Part shown: piece by piece, positions 39,201-46,934 of the stretch
Layout of the letters: the number at the start of each line of letters is the position of its first letter
Numbering within the stretch: the stretch's first letter is position 1
Origin: an uncultured Bacteroidota bacterium
Lineage (GTDB): Bacteria; Bacteroidota; Ignavibacteria; UBA10030; UBA6906
Assembly (NCBI GenBank): GCA_963700635.1
Contig: CAVOYH010000004.1
Location: forward strand, 896,001-960,000
Direction of reading: 5' to 3'
DNA length: 64,000 nt
The notes under the pieces: model-generated
What the model was told of the DNA's origin: nothing
Seen by the model: only the letters and a program-made list of their open reading frames with translations
The model's database searches: none
Made by a program: the position numbers and the translations under genes

Positions 39201-39368
39201 GTCCTGTACGATGCAGTTGACAGCAGACTGGGAGAGACCGTGCTCCACGGAATAGCGCCGGAACTGAAGGGGATCAGTCGGGCGTGCCGGGATGGATGGA
39301 GTGATCGAGAGAACTGCGGCAAGAACGATCAGGGATCGTCGTGCGGTTCTCCGGCATTGGAGCCTCAT
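36204..39368 (-). CDS. Sensor histidine kinase with Reg_prop beta-propellers, Y_Y_Y domain, HisKA_3
   Basis: 'GLSQS.V.CI.QD..GY.WFGT.DGL' repeats; 'YRYMLEG.D..W'; 'ERKRIAGELHDGLGQ'; 'DDGRGF'; start estimated (ORF open to 39440). Confidence 0.93.
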   Translation of the reverse strand: MRLQCRRTARRSLIVLAAVLSITPSIPARPTDPLQFRRYSVEHGLSQSAVNCIVQDHEGYVWFGTQDGLNKFDGISFKVYRKVAGDSSSLSDDNITALLVDRTGALWVGTYGGGLNCLLPGAETFRRFPHRPEDANSPSGNSIMAIAEDSSGIFWVATWMRGLNAFNPAKGTWTRYSKQLNPGEIPDDRITSLAIDEHNDVWIGTWNGLATFDRPKGRFRTIPGTSGTNGRTQGWRIFCLMPDAQKHLWVGLFEDGLKCLDTRTNSTISYSTGGAPARRLSGMTVRSLALDADTVLWIGTQEGGVNRLNPATGIITIDRSGPHPALSADRILSLFRDREQTMWVGVDGGGVNHFDPLRARFRHIRYDPGRPASLANPVVRALCEDRQGRLWIGSAGGGLDCYNQDGPTMTRFVAAPGRPGHLSSNTVMALLQDSDGMLWIGTSGTGIDRIDERGVFQNFRLPRDQGESVGPDYVMTFLESGDGKLWVGTIGGGLFELDRTTNQSQRFAVSAGAGVHEIASNYIYALMEDRLGNIWIGTWGAGISVLDRTRGSFVHYRHADTISTSLAHNTIHAFHEDTRGTVWIATAGGGLDAFNRTDKTFTHLTEADGLPNNVIYAILEDAKGNLWLSTNKGVCCFNPARRTFRNFGMADGLQSFEFNQGAYYKGRGGVLYLGGINGVNMFDPEALPIDTLPPPIRISHCRIFDRAAPPPDADGVIRLPASDNSIAFEYAALDYTSPELNCYRYMLEGVDSRWTEPNTRRFASYTNLASGDYLFRVMGSNSDRTWNDRGASLRIHIAAPYWETLWFRALVFLLLSSGAFFGYRTRIKRLQREKALQSEFSRRLNESQEAERKRIAGELHDGLGQDLLTISHSIDRIPSGAIPASLATVLGEAIRQAIDGVRQIASDLHPHMLERLGLTRTVEATVRRMAEAASLTVTMSIDPVDNLFSPFEEINIYRIVQEALNNVIKHSHASLCHISLVRDKDHAVLSIVDDGRGFNAVEGSPGDSTGHGLVNMAERIRLLEGDMAIESAPGKGTTVRFNIPLTTDSRPVAG

Positions 39369-39485
39369 AAGGAGCTCGCGGTAAGGATCGAGAAGGGGGG
39401 TCTGTTGAGCGAATATAGCAGCCCTTTCTCGGGAAGTCAACAGGAGACTCTATCTGTTCAGTCATAATCGCCATTTCTCCGTCCG

Positions 39486-40874
39486 TCAGAATCCGGCAAC
39501 ATCGCGCATTCCGGTGCGGAGTGCGAACCACACGAACCGGAAGAAGGAGTCGTCCGGTTGGCGCAGGTATTTCACATCACCGATCTTCATCGCGCCGGAC
39601 TTGTCCGGCAGGTTAGTTCCGCGGATCGTGAAGGTGTTGGCAATGAACGAGGTAATACCGTCGACCAAACCCCCTTCACTGCCCGTCTGCTTATTGATGG
39701 CCGAAACGACAACGCCTTTATAGACGGCCCGTACGGTACCGCTGGCGCGGCCCGAGTCAACGTGTACGGTGAATGTTGCCGACTGAAGTACGCCCGCAAC
39801 AATGCGCATCTCTTCGGCTGTCTCGAGGAATGGGTTGAGCGCGGAAAGATTCATTCCACCCAATGAACCGGAGTATTGGAACGAAAACGCCGGCGATGCG
39901 ACAGGAATTGACATGTGTACCTTCATCGCCCCGGCCTTCATGAATTGGCCCTGTGCGTTCATGACTATAGCGGCACCGCTGTCGCCATGATTTGTAATAC
40001 CTTCCACCAGCACGTGTATGCTATCAAGAGTGATCAAAGCCGGCTTCTCGCCCACAGCGAATCTCTCACCGTACTTCACGCGTCCGTTGTGTATAGTCAG
40101 GCTATCAACCTGCAGGGCTTTCTGTATTGAAGAGAGAATCTCGTTTGGCATGAGGAGTGGCGCAGCATACTTGGCGGAGGGCTTGTCTTTGTTGATCAGC
40201 ACATCCAGGAACGGATCGCGGATGATAACGGAACGGGTACGGTAACTCTTCCCTTCCAGAAGTTCGAGACATGCCAAACCCACCACGCTGCACTGTGGAG
40301 TCGCCAGGCGGATGCGTGTGCTTCTGAATGTACTCCCTCTGAAGAACCCTTCATCGTCTGTCCGTGGATGAAGCTCCAGTAAATCAGCCACGATCTCCGA
40401 ATCCGGTACCGATATGCGCAGACTTTGACAATGTACTTCGTAGTTCGACTCCGGGAAGTGCATCGCGATCGTTTGGGCATCGAGGAGGGCGTCGGTACAG
40501 TCCATGGGTCCAAGTTGTCCACCCCAGAGAAGATGCATCCAGTCGATGCCGCTCACGGAGAGCGCACCAATGGTGCACGAGGCTGTCGTGTCAACTGCGT
40601 TCAGTGCAACGGAGTCACACTCAAAGCGGTTCTGTAAAACGCTGTACCTCATATCCCCGATGCGCACCGAGTACGCGGGATATGCTTCAGCAAAAGCTTC
40701 TGTTATTCCGGGCTTTATGAATCGATTCACAAGGGGGTCGGAGAAAAGCAGGAGAACCAGCACGCAGACCAACGTCAGTGCGCCCGTAACAACGGCAGCA
40801 TAGGACGCTATCTTCCGTGGTGATAGTTTTTGTCGGCCACTCGGTGGATGCTCATTCTGCATGCGCTGTATCAA
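39486..40874 (-). CDS. Membrane-anchored AsmA/DUF748-like protein
   Basis: N-terminal TM, beta-rich body, 'SFFRFVW.AL.TG' ending. Confidence 0.6.
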   Translation of the reverse strand: MIQRMQNEHPPSGRQKLSPRKIASYAAVVTGALTLVCVLVLLLFSDPLVNRFIKPGITEAFAEAYPAYSVRIGDMRYSVLQNRFECDSVALNAVDTTASCTIGALSVSGIDWMHLLWGGQLGPMDCTDALLDAQTIAMHFPESNYEVHCQSLRISVPDSEIVADLLELHPRTDDEGFFRGSTFRSTRIRLATPQCSVVGLACLELLEGKSYRTRSVIIRDPFLDVLINKDKPSAKYAAPLLMPNEILSSIQKALQVDSLTIHNGRVKYGERFAVGEKPALITLDSIHVLVEGITNHGDSGAAIVMNAQGQFMKAGAMKVHMSIPVASPAFSFQYSGSLGGMNLSALNPFLETAEEMRIVAGVLQSATFTVHVDSGRASGTVRAVYKGVVVSAINKQTGSEGGLVDGITSFIANTFTIRGTNLPDKSGAMKIGDVKYLRQPDDSFFRFVWFALRTGMRDVAGF

Positions 40875-41031
40875 CTTTCTGTGTTTGTCACGGTCGCATC
40901 CCGCCTGTTCTTCGCACTCTCGCGCCGACGGAACGTTCCATGGCTGCAGAGCTCACCGCACTCTCGCGAAGGCAGCCACCCCGAAGGCAATGTTCAAGCC
41001 GCTGGCAATCCTGCTCCCGCCAGGACGATTC

Positions 41032-41238
41032 TCACCCTGTCTTTGATTTGCGCAACAAACCGAACAGCCCCAGTACCGTTGCCATTGCGCCGCTCACCAG
41101 CAACCACATCGACTTATCAGTGGCTGAGCCAGTAAAAAACCGAGAAATGTCAGAGCTGGCTGAGTCATATGCATTGATGCCGAAAACCAGAAGAAGAAGG
41201 CCGCCGGCAAGTATCGCGAACGAGATTGCTTTGGTCAT
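41032..41238 (-). CDS. DUF3185 family small membrane protein
   Basis: 'LLVFG..AYDS.SS.ISRFFTGS.TDK..WLL'; GGAGG RBS. Confidence 0.88.
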   Translation of the reverse strand: MTKAISFAILAGGLLLLVFGINAYDSASSDISRFFTGSATDKSMWLLVSGAMATVLGLFGLLRKSKTG

Positions 41239-41259
41239 AAGGATACCTCCATTGTGGTG

Positions 41260-41433
41260 TCATCTATGTGGCCGTACGAACGCGTTACGGGGGTTTCGTC
41301 CGTTAATCACTTTGAATGGGACGGCCACGAGATCGATGAGCAATAGTACGTGGAGAAAGCCGCTCATGGTGCAGGATGTGATGAGCCCCAGGAACCAAAA
41401 GACGACGAGAACAACAGCGATAGTGTCCGCCCT
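41260..41433 (-). pseudogene. Decayed lmo0937-family small membrane protein
   Basis: Frame reads (R)ADTIAVVLVVFWFLGLITSCTMSGFLHVLLLIDLVAVPFKVINGRNP; AGG at the expected ATG position and an in-frame TGA just upstream. Confidence 0.7.
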
Positions 41434-41576
41434 GCGGTACGCTTTCTTTTTGGTTCAGAGCGCACCCTGGCAGCGAACCGCAGCCAGACCTGGTGTCCAT
41501 GGCCTTGTTACGCACACACGGGACCCGACACATTTCCGGATCCCGTGTATCTCACCTGTGCGTTCAAACCGGGTAA

Positions 41577-42395
41577 CTACTCGGTGGTGCGATTAACGAC
41601 AATCTCTACACGCCGATTGTTGGCCCGCCCTTCGGCAGTGGCATTATCTGCAACCGGTCTGTCTTCGCCCACTCCCTGCGCTTGAATCAGATCACTTGGG
41701 TAACCGCGCGAGACGAGGTACGAGCGAACGGCATTTGCGCGTTGCTGCGACAACTGGACGTTATAGCTGGAAGGCCCCCTGGAGTCAGTATGACCTTCAA
41801 CGGTGAGTCTTTTCTCTTTCGTGACCAAGAGTGCGTCGGCCACCTGATTCAGTCGTTGCTGCGCTGCCGGCGAGAGTTCCGATGTATTCGAAGCAAAGAT
41901 CACGCTGCCCGAAAGCGTAATGACGAGACCGCGAGCCTCTTCCTTGACGGCAGCGAGTTTCGCAAGATCAGCCTGAGCAGCAATCGTTTTCGCCTCTGCC
42001 GCAAGCCGTGCTTTTTGTTCGATAGCAAGGTTATCCTGTGACTTCTTCACGATCTCCGCCTGGGTTGCCTCGAGGTCCTTTTTGGCCTTGACCGTGGCGG
42101 CATTTTCCGTAGCGGTGGTGGCGAGCGCTTCGGCCATCTTCGCTTTGCGATCCGCCACATAGGCGAGGTCTCGCGTGCGGAACGATTTAGGATCGTCTCG
42201 GAAGGATTTCTCCGCGACGGCAAGGGCCTCTTTTGCCTTATGGACCTCTGCCGGGACGATCTGTGAGGCCGGGCCGATGCTTACGTCCTGGTATGCTTGA
42301 CGTGCATTGATGAGCTCTGTGGGCGGGAGAGTTGCGGCGCAGCCAACGAGCAGTCCGGTGCACGCACTGACGATCAGAAACTTAGGGAATCTCAT
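41577..42395 (-). CDS. OmpA-family lipoprotein with DUF4398-like N-domain
   Basis: Lipobox LVGC; 'VEGHTDS.G...YN..LS..RA.AV', 'GRANNRRVEI'. Confidence 0.93.
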   Translation of the reverse strand: MRFPKFLIVSACTGLLVGCAATLPPTELINARQAYQDVSIGPASQIVPAEVHKAKEALAVAEKSFRDDPKSFRTRDLAYVADRKAKMAEALATTATENAATVKAKKDLEATQAEIVKKSQDNLAIEQKARLAAEAKTIAAQADLAKLAAVKEEARGLVITLSGSVIFASNTSELSPAAQQRLNQVADALLVTKEKRLTVEGHTDSRGPSSYNVQLSQQRANAVRSYLVSRGYPSDLIQAQGVGEDRPVADNATAEGRANNRRVEIVVNRTTE

Positions 42396-42398
42396 GGA

Positions 42399-42776
42399 CT
42401 ATTTCCTTTCACGGGGTAATTGGTTTTCTTTCCGAAGCTGTTGCACCCGCTGTATCGCCTCTGCGGCTTCCGTCTTGTCGGCATCCCCACGGGAGAGCGC
42501 TACAGCCAGTTCGGCGTCGGCCTGGGCGCGCATCAGCATGTACTCAGCCTGTTCGTTCTCACCCTTCGTGGCAAGCGCCTTGGCATTCTCCAGCCCCTCC
42601 TTGGCGAGCTGCAGATAGAGTGATGCGCTGGGAACGGTCGACGCGCCGACCTCTTCCGCGGCGCGAATCGCCGATGTGGTAGACTCTTTGTTGAGTGCAG
42701 GACTGCTTCCGCAACCTGCGAGCAGAGCAGCGAACAGAAAACTTCCAGCCACTACAACCGTGCTCAGAAGTTTCAT
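42399..42776 (-). CDS. DUF4398 lipoprotein
   Basis: Lipobox LAGC; 'AIRAAEEVGA', 'RAQADAELA.AL'. Confidence 0.88.
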   Translation of the reverse strand: MKLLSTVVVAGSFLFAALLAGCGSSPALNKESTTSAIRAAEEVGASTVPSASLYLQLAKEGLENAKALATKGENEQAEYMLMRAQADAELAVALSRGDADKTEAAEAIQRVQQLRKENQLPRERK

Positions 42777-42882
42777 TGAATCCTCCTTGTGTTATTGTGT
42801 ATCGTAACGTTCAATTCCGGCTCGTCATGAACAGCCGATCTATGTGTCTCATGTGACGGAACACACCGATTGAATCTGAAGT

Positions 42883-42941
42883 AATGTAGCGTTGATCACC
42901 ACGTGATCCAATAGACCGAAGGGATGGAAGTGTGATTAATC
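42883..42941 (-). promoter_or_regulatory. Promoter + conserved 32-bp upstream motif, copy 1
   Basis: TTGGAT-17-TACATT; motif 42910-42941 is 26/32 identical to 44656-44687. Confidence 0.7.
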
Positions 42942-43037
42942 CCTTCGAAGCGCAATGTGTTGCCGTCCGCAGGGATCTGAGAGAAGAGAAGGAGAACCGG
43001 CGATGATCGTATTACGACAAGAGGAGGGGGAACAAGC

Positions 43038-43691
43038 TCACGGCTCCTGGTTTTCATAGGAGTGCGTAGCGATCTCGAGGCGGCTGTGAAGTGCCATCTT
43101 TTCCAGGATGTTGTGGACGTGGCTTTTCACCGTATAGGTCGAGATATTCAGATGTCGGGCGATATCCTTGTTACTCATTGCCTGGGCAATGAGGACAACG
43201 ATTTCCCGTTCACGTTTCGTCATCCGCACTGCAGCGGCAAGTTTCTTCTTGCCGCCACGGATTGCATGGTCGACGATGAGAGAGAACAACGATCCCGTCA
43301 GTAGAGGGGGGAGGATTTTCATTCCACGCGCGACAGACCGGATTGTTCCGAGCACTTCTGCAATCGACGCGTCTTTGAGGATGAAACCCGCCGCACCTGC
43401 CTGCACCAACTCGACAATATCCAGCTGGGTAGGGATTAGCCCCATCCCGACGACCCTAATGTTTGGCAGTTCCTTCGCAATCGTTTCTACGATACGGAGT
43501 CCGTTTTCGCTTCGCAACCCCAGGTCCAGGAGCACCAGGTCAGGTTTCAAGTCCCGCAGCTTCAGGATGGTATCATGATTTCCAGCGGTCGCTGCCACAA
43601 CCTTCAGATCTTCTTGCTTCTTGAGTAACGCGCTGATGCCTTCGCGTAGAATGCGATTGTCTTCGATAATAAACACTCTCGTGTTTCTCAT
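43038..43691 (-). CDS. Orphan NarL/LuxR family response regulator
   Basis: 'IIEDN', 'LLDLGL', 'GFILKD', HTH 'MTKREREI..LIA..MSNKDIA..L.IS..TVKSHV.NI'. Confidence 0.93.
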   Translation of the reverse strand: MRNTRVFIIEDNRILREGISALLKKQEDLKVVAATAGNHDTILKLRDLKPDLVLLDLGLRSENGLRIVETIAKELPNIRVVGMGLIPTQLDIVELVQAGAAGFILKDASIAEVLGTIRSVARGMKILPPLLTGSLFSLIVDHAIRGGKKKLAAAVRMTKREREIVVLIAQAMSNKDIARHLNISTYTVKSHVHNILEKMALHSRLEIATHSYENQEP

Positions 43692-43752
43692 CGCATCAGG
43701 CTTTCATTCGTTCGGACAATGGGTATTCGCCGCGGCAAGTCGATTTTGCACA

Positions 43753-43781
43753 AAGGTAAGAAATATTTCGATGTTTAGCAA
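43753..43781 (-). promoter_or_regulatory. Promoter of the response regulator
   Basis: TTGCTA-17-TACCTT(TG). Confidence 0.55.
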
Positions 43782-43933
43782 GACGCTCCAGGCATCAAGG
43801 GCCATTTGCCGCTGCACTGCAGCATTATCTGGATTACCGGGGAGAATCAAGAGAAGGAGAAGGATGGGGTTGTGTGACTCGACTGATTACGCCATTTGTA
43901 GATCCCTCCTTTGCAGCCTAGCGATGGAGTTCC

Positions 43934-44176
43934 TTATCCGATTCCGCGCCCTTTGCTCTCACCTCGTCGGCCTAACATTTCTTCGTGAGGGATAGGCGTG
44001 CGTGGAACCTGGAGGTCTAATTTTTGCAGCCCTTCCCTGGAGAGGGTGGAACCGCGCGATGGATGGTCTGATGCGGTGACTATGTAGAGGGCGAAGGAAC
44101 CGCCGCGACTCGTTTCCTGCCATCCGGCGAATGCCGCATCTGCTTCCTCAGCCGGGAGATCTGTATTTTCTTCCAT
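43934..44176 (-). CDS. Small hypothetical protein (80 aa)
   Basis: Strong RBS GAGAGGAGG before ATG, directly downstream of csbD on the same strand. Confidence 0.55.
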   Translation of the reverse strand: MEENTDLPAEEADAAFAGWQETSRGGSFALYIVTASDHPSRGSTLSREGLQKLDLQVPRTPIPHEEMLGRRGESKGRGIG

Positions 44177-44221
44177 GGAGCCTCCTCTCAGATTGACGTA
44201 TCTACTTGTTCTGCAGCACGT

Positions 44222-44542
44222 TCACTTCGCTCGGACCTTCTTCTCCAAGGTGTTTCCCGTCACGGCACGTTTTTTCTTCAGGTTTTGGCCGGCGCGGGTG
44301 GACTTCTGCAATTGGATCAACCGTTTGTTTGACTTCTTGAGGCGCTTGATCGTCTCTTTGAATTCCTTAATCTCGTGCGCCACCTCCTCCTTGGCAATTC
44401 CGTGTCTCTCCTGGAGCTTTCCTACGAATTCTTCATACTTCCCTGCAATTGCAGCCAGGTCATCGTTCATGACCTTACCCCAATGCCCCAACGCCTTCCC
44501 CCTGCGTTGCTTCCATTCTCCCTCCATTCGATCCCAGTTCAT
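44222..44542 (-). CDS. CsbD family stress protein with basic C-terminal extension
   Basis: 'MNWDRMEGEWKQ..GK...WGK..NDDL..IAGK.E..VGKLQERHG..KEE'. Confidence 0.9.
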   Translation of the reverse strand: MNWDRMEGEWKQRRGKALGHWGKVMNDDLAAIAGKYEEFVGKLQERHGIAKEEVAHEIKEFKETIKRLKKSNKRLIQLQKSTRAGQNLKKKRAVTGNTLEKKVRAK

Positions 44543-44629
44543 TGGCCGTTTTCCTTTCAAGCCCCTCCGTTCAAATTCGTGGTTGTTATCCAGCCTCCAA
44601 CGGAAAGGCCGTCCTGCTGCGTTTGATGA

Positions 44630-44687
44630 AGTATACCGGTTTCGAGATTAAAAGGAATCGACCGATAGGATGAAAGAGGGATTAATC
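44630..44687 (-). promoter_or_regulatory. Promoter + conserved 32-bp upstream motif, copy 2
   Basis: -10 TATACT at 44630-44635, poor -35; motif 44656-44687. Confidence 0.7.
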
Positions 44688-44746
44688 ACCCAAAGCGAAT
44701 TTTGGGACTACAACCCGTTCAATGTCGGGTCGGGCGGGTAGAAACG

Positions 44747-45559
44747 CTACATCAATCCAAGTGAATATCCCAGCTTGATACCGAAGTGCACTCGTTTCGA
44801 TTCAGGCTGGAGCAGTCCTTGAACTTCTGGGGATTGTGAAAGTGTCCACGTCTCGAAGTAGAGCAGGGTGAACACCCCGTATATGCTCCCTCCCGCGTGC
44901 ACCAGGAATCGTGGATTACTTCCCGGGGTGAGGTTGATGTTGAATTTCTGACTGTTTACCCGCGGGAGGCGGTCGATTGATTCAGAAAGTGAAAGCGGAA
45001 ACTTGACTACCACTCCAGAAAAGAACTGAACTTTCGGGGTTACGATGAACACACCGTTTACCCCGACGTTCGCCAGGAACACAGAATACTTCTCATCATA
45101 GCCGGCAGGATCGCCGTTTCCGACATCTCTGAGCCAACCCTCAAACCCGAATCCGGCGACCGGAGAAAGCCGAAATGTTTTGGATACCTCCGCAACGTAG
45201 CCGGCACTCAGCGTTGCCTCAAAGTTGGAGTACGACGATTTCGCGTTGTAGGGAGTCCTTGCTCCTGTTTGAAGGTCAAACGCAAACCCTTTATAGTCGA
45301 CAGTACCCAGTGCGTACTGCAAATCCACTTCGACATAAAGACTTCTCTTCTGCAGAAATGAATACCGGGACAGAACACCAACAGAGAACCTTGGCCCGCT
45401 TTCCTTCAGCGCTTCACTTCCATTGTCATCGAACTCTTGCCAACTGAAGCCCTGTACTGCAACGTAGGGCGTGAGCTGGAACGGTACGTCAAGAGTCTGC
45501 GCAGACGCGCTGGCACACGTCACAACGAATAGCGCCATGGTGATACAGTGTATCTTCAT
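44747..45559 (-). CDS. Outer-membrane beta-barrel protein
   Basis: Signal peptide, alternating beta strands, C-terminal 'FGIKLGYSL'. Confidence 0.72.
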   Translation of the reverse strand: MKIHCITMALFVVTCASASAQTLDVPFQLTPYVAVQGFSWQEFDDNGSEALKESGPRFSVGVLSRYSFLQKRSLYVEVDLQYALGTVDYKGFAFDLQTGARTPYNAKSSYSNFEATLSAGYVAEVSKTFRLSPVAGFGFEGWLRDVGNGDPAGYDEKYSVFLANVGVNGVFIVTPKVQFFSGVVVKFPLSLSESIDRLPRVNSQKFNINLTPGSNPRFLVHAGGSIYGVFTLLYFETWTLSQSPEVQGLLQPESKRVHFGIKLGYSLGLM

Positions 45560-45654
45560 GGTGTTGGCTCCTCTGAGTGCCACAGATACGGAAACGACGA
45601 ATCCGGATCCGCAACCTTTTTCGTCCACTGTGAATGCCCGCCCTACAAGCAAAC

Positions 45655-45729
45655 TGAGGATTGCCATTGTCCATTGCTGATTGCCAGAGACATTGGCAAT
45701 TTACAATCGGCAATTCACAATCCTCAATC
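45655..45729. repeat. Heptamer-periodic inverted repeat (ATTG x4 / CAAT x5)
   Basis: TGAGGATTG CCATTG TCCATTG CTGATTGCCA ... TGGCAAT TTACAAT CGGCAAT TCACAAT CCTCAAT. Confidence 0.75.
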
Positions 45730-45741
45730 GTTGTTCCGCTG

Positions 45742-45814
45742 TGCACCCACCAGGACTCGAACCTGGAACCCACTGATTAAGAGTCAGTTGCTCTACCAAT
45801 TGAGCCATGGGTGC
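45742..45814 (-). tRNA. tRNA-Lys (CTT)
   Basis: GCACCCA acceptor, D arm GCTCAATTGGTAGAGC, anticodon arm CTGACT-CTT-AATCAG, T loop GTTCGAG; CCA not encoded. Confidence 0.97.
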
Positions 45815-45884
45815 GCTGATACCCATGGTCATGAGAGATGCCCATGGGGCACAACAAGGACGCCCAAGGGTGGGCATCCATCTT

Positions 45885-46220
45885 CTACTGCAACGGCGCC
45901 TGCTGCGGCGTCGCCGGAGGCAACTGGGGCGTCATCGACCGCTGCTGCTGCGTCCCCTGCTGCAAAACACTTTCTCCCGTCTCTCCGGAGCGGGGAAGGA
46001 AAAATATGTTGATCACCAGGGCCAGAAACAGAAATGCCCCGGCAAGTATCTGCGTCGCACGAATCAGAAAATCCGCAGTCCGGCGGACGCCAAAAACAAC
46101 ACCAACGGATCCGCCCCCAAATGTGCCCGCCAATCCGCCCCCTTTGCTGGACTGCATCAAGACCACCAACATCAAAACAAGGCTGATGATCACTTCAAGA
46201 ACTATCAGAAATGTAAACAT
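45885..46220 (-). CDS. secG: Preprotein translocase subunit SecG
   Basis: 'VVLMQSSKGGGLAGTFGG', two TMs, followed by a tRNA. Confidence 0.95.
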   Translation of the reverse strand: MFTFLIVLEVIISLVLMLVVLMQSSKGGGLAGTFGGGSVGVVFGVRRTADFLIRATQILAGAFLFLALVINIFFLPRSGETGESVLQQGTQQQRSMTPQLPPATPQQAPLQ

Positions 46221-46249
46221 GTGTCGCGTCCCTATTCAGTCGTAGGCTT

Positions 46250-46280
46250 CAAATTTACGCAATCCCATGAGAAAAATCAA
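46250..46280 (-). promoter_or_regulatory. secG promoter
   Basis: TTGATT-17-TAAATT(TG). Confidence 0.55.
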
Positions 46281-46924
46281 GCTCCAAATCCCCACCCGGT
46301 GAGTTTTTCCAGCGTTATCCCGCTCCCCTTTTCGCCCCCCTTGAGCATCATCCGCTCCACATACTTCCCGATCAGGTCAAATTCCAGATTCACAGCCCTT
46401 CCCGTGCGCACATCAGAAAATGTGGTGTTTTTTAGCGTGTGGGGAATTACCGATATCTCAAACTCACTCCCAACAAGAGATGCCACCGTGAGACTCACTC
46501 CGTCCACCGCAATCGACCCTACAGGAATAAGATACCGGGCAAACTCAACCGGATACGATATCCGCATGACCCAGCTCATGGCCTTCTTCTCCAGTCCGGT
46601 GAGATGCCCGACACAATCCACGTGCCCCTGAACCAGATGGCCACCAAGCCGGTCATTCAACCGCACGGCAAGCTCTACATTAACCCTGTCAGCTCCGCGT
46701 AGAGCCCCCAGGGTGGTCTTCCGTAATGTCTCCTCGACAGCTTCAACTTCAAAATCATCGCCCGTCGTTGACACAACAGTCTGGCAAACCCCGTTCACCG
46801 AAACACTGTCGTTTATGTGAATCTCCGGTGCGCTGCCGGGAGCACGAATCGTCAAGAGCACTCCCCCGCCTTTCCGTTTAACCGAAAGGACACTCGCAAC
46901 TTCCTGTATAATCCCTGTAAACAT
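46277..46924 (-). CDS. ribE: Riboflavin synthase
   Basis: 'MFTGII', 'SVNGVC.TV', 'GGHLVQGHVD', 'VNLEFD..GKY'. Confidence 0.96.
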   Translation of the reverse strand: MFTGIIQEVASVLSVKRKGGGVLLTIRAPGSAPEIHINDSVSVNGVCQTVVSTTGDDFEVEAVEETLRKTTLGALRGADRVNVELAVRLNDRLGGHLVQGHVDCVGHLTGLEKKAMSWVMRISYPVEFARYLIPVGSIAVDGVSLTVASLVGSEFEISVIPHTLKNTTFSDVRTGRAVNLEFDLIGKYVERMMLKGGEKGSGITLEKLTGWGFGA

Positions 46925-46934
46925 GGGGCTCCTC

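Noticed and set aside
39486-45741. Genomic island integrated at tRNA-Lys
   Set aside because: No integrase, no duplicated tRNA 3' end seen and no obvious compositional break in the window
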